The notes under the pieces were generated by a model, which was not told the DNA's origin, did not search any database, and saw only the letters and a list, made by a program, of their open reading frames with translations. A stretch of DNA of 61,064 nucleotides, counting the filler, from Sphacelaria rigidula (taxonomy: Eukaryota): NCBI GenBank assembly GCA_964200075.2. It is 6 parts of 6 records of this genome, joined end to end, with 100 filler letters (N's around TTAATTAATTAA, not from the genome) between each part and the next. Parts side by side here need not be neighbours in the genome. Positions count along the whole stretch, not along the records: positions 50,972 to 61,064 come from CAXNAA020007162.1; 5 more parts are not named here. One strand, written 5' to 3'. Shown one piece after another: positions 60,161 to 61,064 of the stretch (position 1 is its first letter; every line of letters starts with the position of its first letter). Both the position numbers and the translations under genes were made by a program.

Positions 60161-61064
60161 GTGGAACATTGTTCGTCACGTCAAAAGCATCTGGGGCCCG
60201 TCGTTTTCGAGGCAGAGGCGGCGGATGTCTGTGTATGCTCTCTTCCAGACACGCGGCGGTGCAACCTTTCTGGAGCAAATAGGGAGCCCCCTGCTCCGCC
60301 TTACGACATGTAGGATATGGGTTGAAACGTACTTGTGCACGGGGATTGCAATGGAATTGTTTCTGTACTGTCACCGGGGCGAATGTGCTATACTGTCCTG
60401 TGCGGCATCGTACTACCTACTGAGTAACGTACTTTGTGCTGCTGTCTATCACAGTGTATTTTGTTATCGATACAGAAGGCGTATACGAGGTGCAACAACA
60501 GTATCACCCCATTTCCCGGTTACATTATGCACACCAACAGTAGTGCTGACGGCAACAACTACAGACAGTACAGCGTGGTGTTGTCCCGACCGAACAGCAA
60601 AGTGTACACCAGGCAATGATCGGCAACGAGAATACGTTGACTGTGACCGTAGTGTAGTTCATGCAGTACAACAGTGTCGACGAGGTATTCGGAAGGTTTG
60701 TAGCTGTGTGCTGTACCGCACGGAGCTTCTGGCGTCTTCCGCAGATATCAGCGGACGGATGTGTAGCGACATGGTTTGACAAGGAATGGGATCTTGACCC
60801 GATTGTCCGCCAGCTTAGGTCATCCGTTGAACCAGAATCAATTTGAGTTGACAAATTAATGCATGGCCCAGATAACCTACCCCGGCGGTCACGGCATTGG
60901 GCGACGGATTCAACTAGTAAATGAAATGTTCGTAGACTTGACATATAACTTGGAGGCGGGGGCGCGGGGGCCGGTTGGGGGGGGGGGGGGGGGGGGGGTT
61001 ACTCTTCTTTGTTTGGTGTTGTCCCGCTTATGTGTTGGAGGATTTTCGGTTTTGTGCTCGTCTG

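Overview
Eukaryotic, intron- and repeat-rich DNA, most likely brown algal (Phaeophyceae/stramenopile); this is inferred from short exons in long introns, the retroelement families and a cyanobacterial-type miaB. The window is not contiguous. It is six contigs of 10095, 10095, 10094, 10094, 10093 and 10093 bp, sorted by length and joined by 100-bp N/TTAATTAATTAA linkers, so nothing can be linked across the linkers. Host genes are seen only in part: a SUMO-like-domain gene (3 exons, minus), the 3' five exons of miaB (minus), three internal FANCL exons (plus) and a possible TM9SF first exon. The rest is mostly decayed transposable elements: two Ty3/gypsy chromoviruses (one complete, with 220-bp LTRs), several Ty1/copia remnants, an RTE-like LINE, tRNA-derived SINEs and many nested MITEs. 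The four most unusual observations are: (1) a 2.1-kb array at 55544-57637 of ~320-bp tRNA-headed units in alternating orientation, with palindromic end caps and TGTTG...CAACA ends; (2) an almost full-length CCA-ending tRNA-His copy in the primer-binding-site position of a 105-bp LTR-like unit; (3) a gypsy integrase with a chromodomain followed by a PWWP/Tudor-like module, revealed by removing a MITE; (4) a 370-bp near-perfect hairpin. All calls were made by eye, without database searches.
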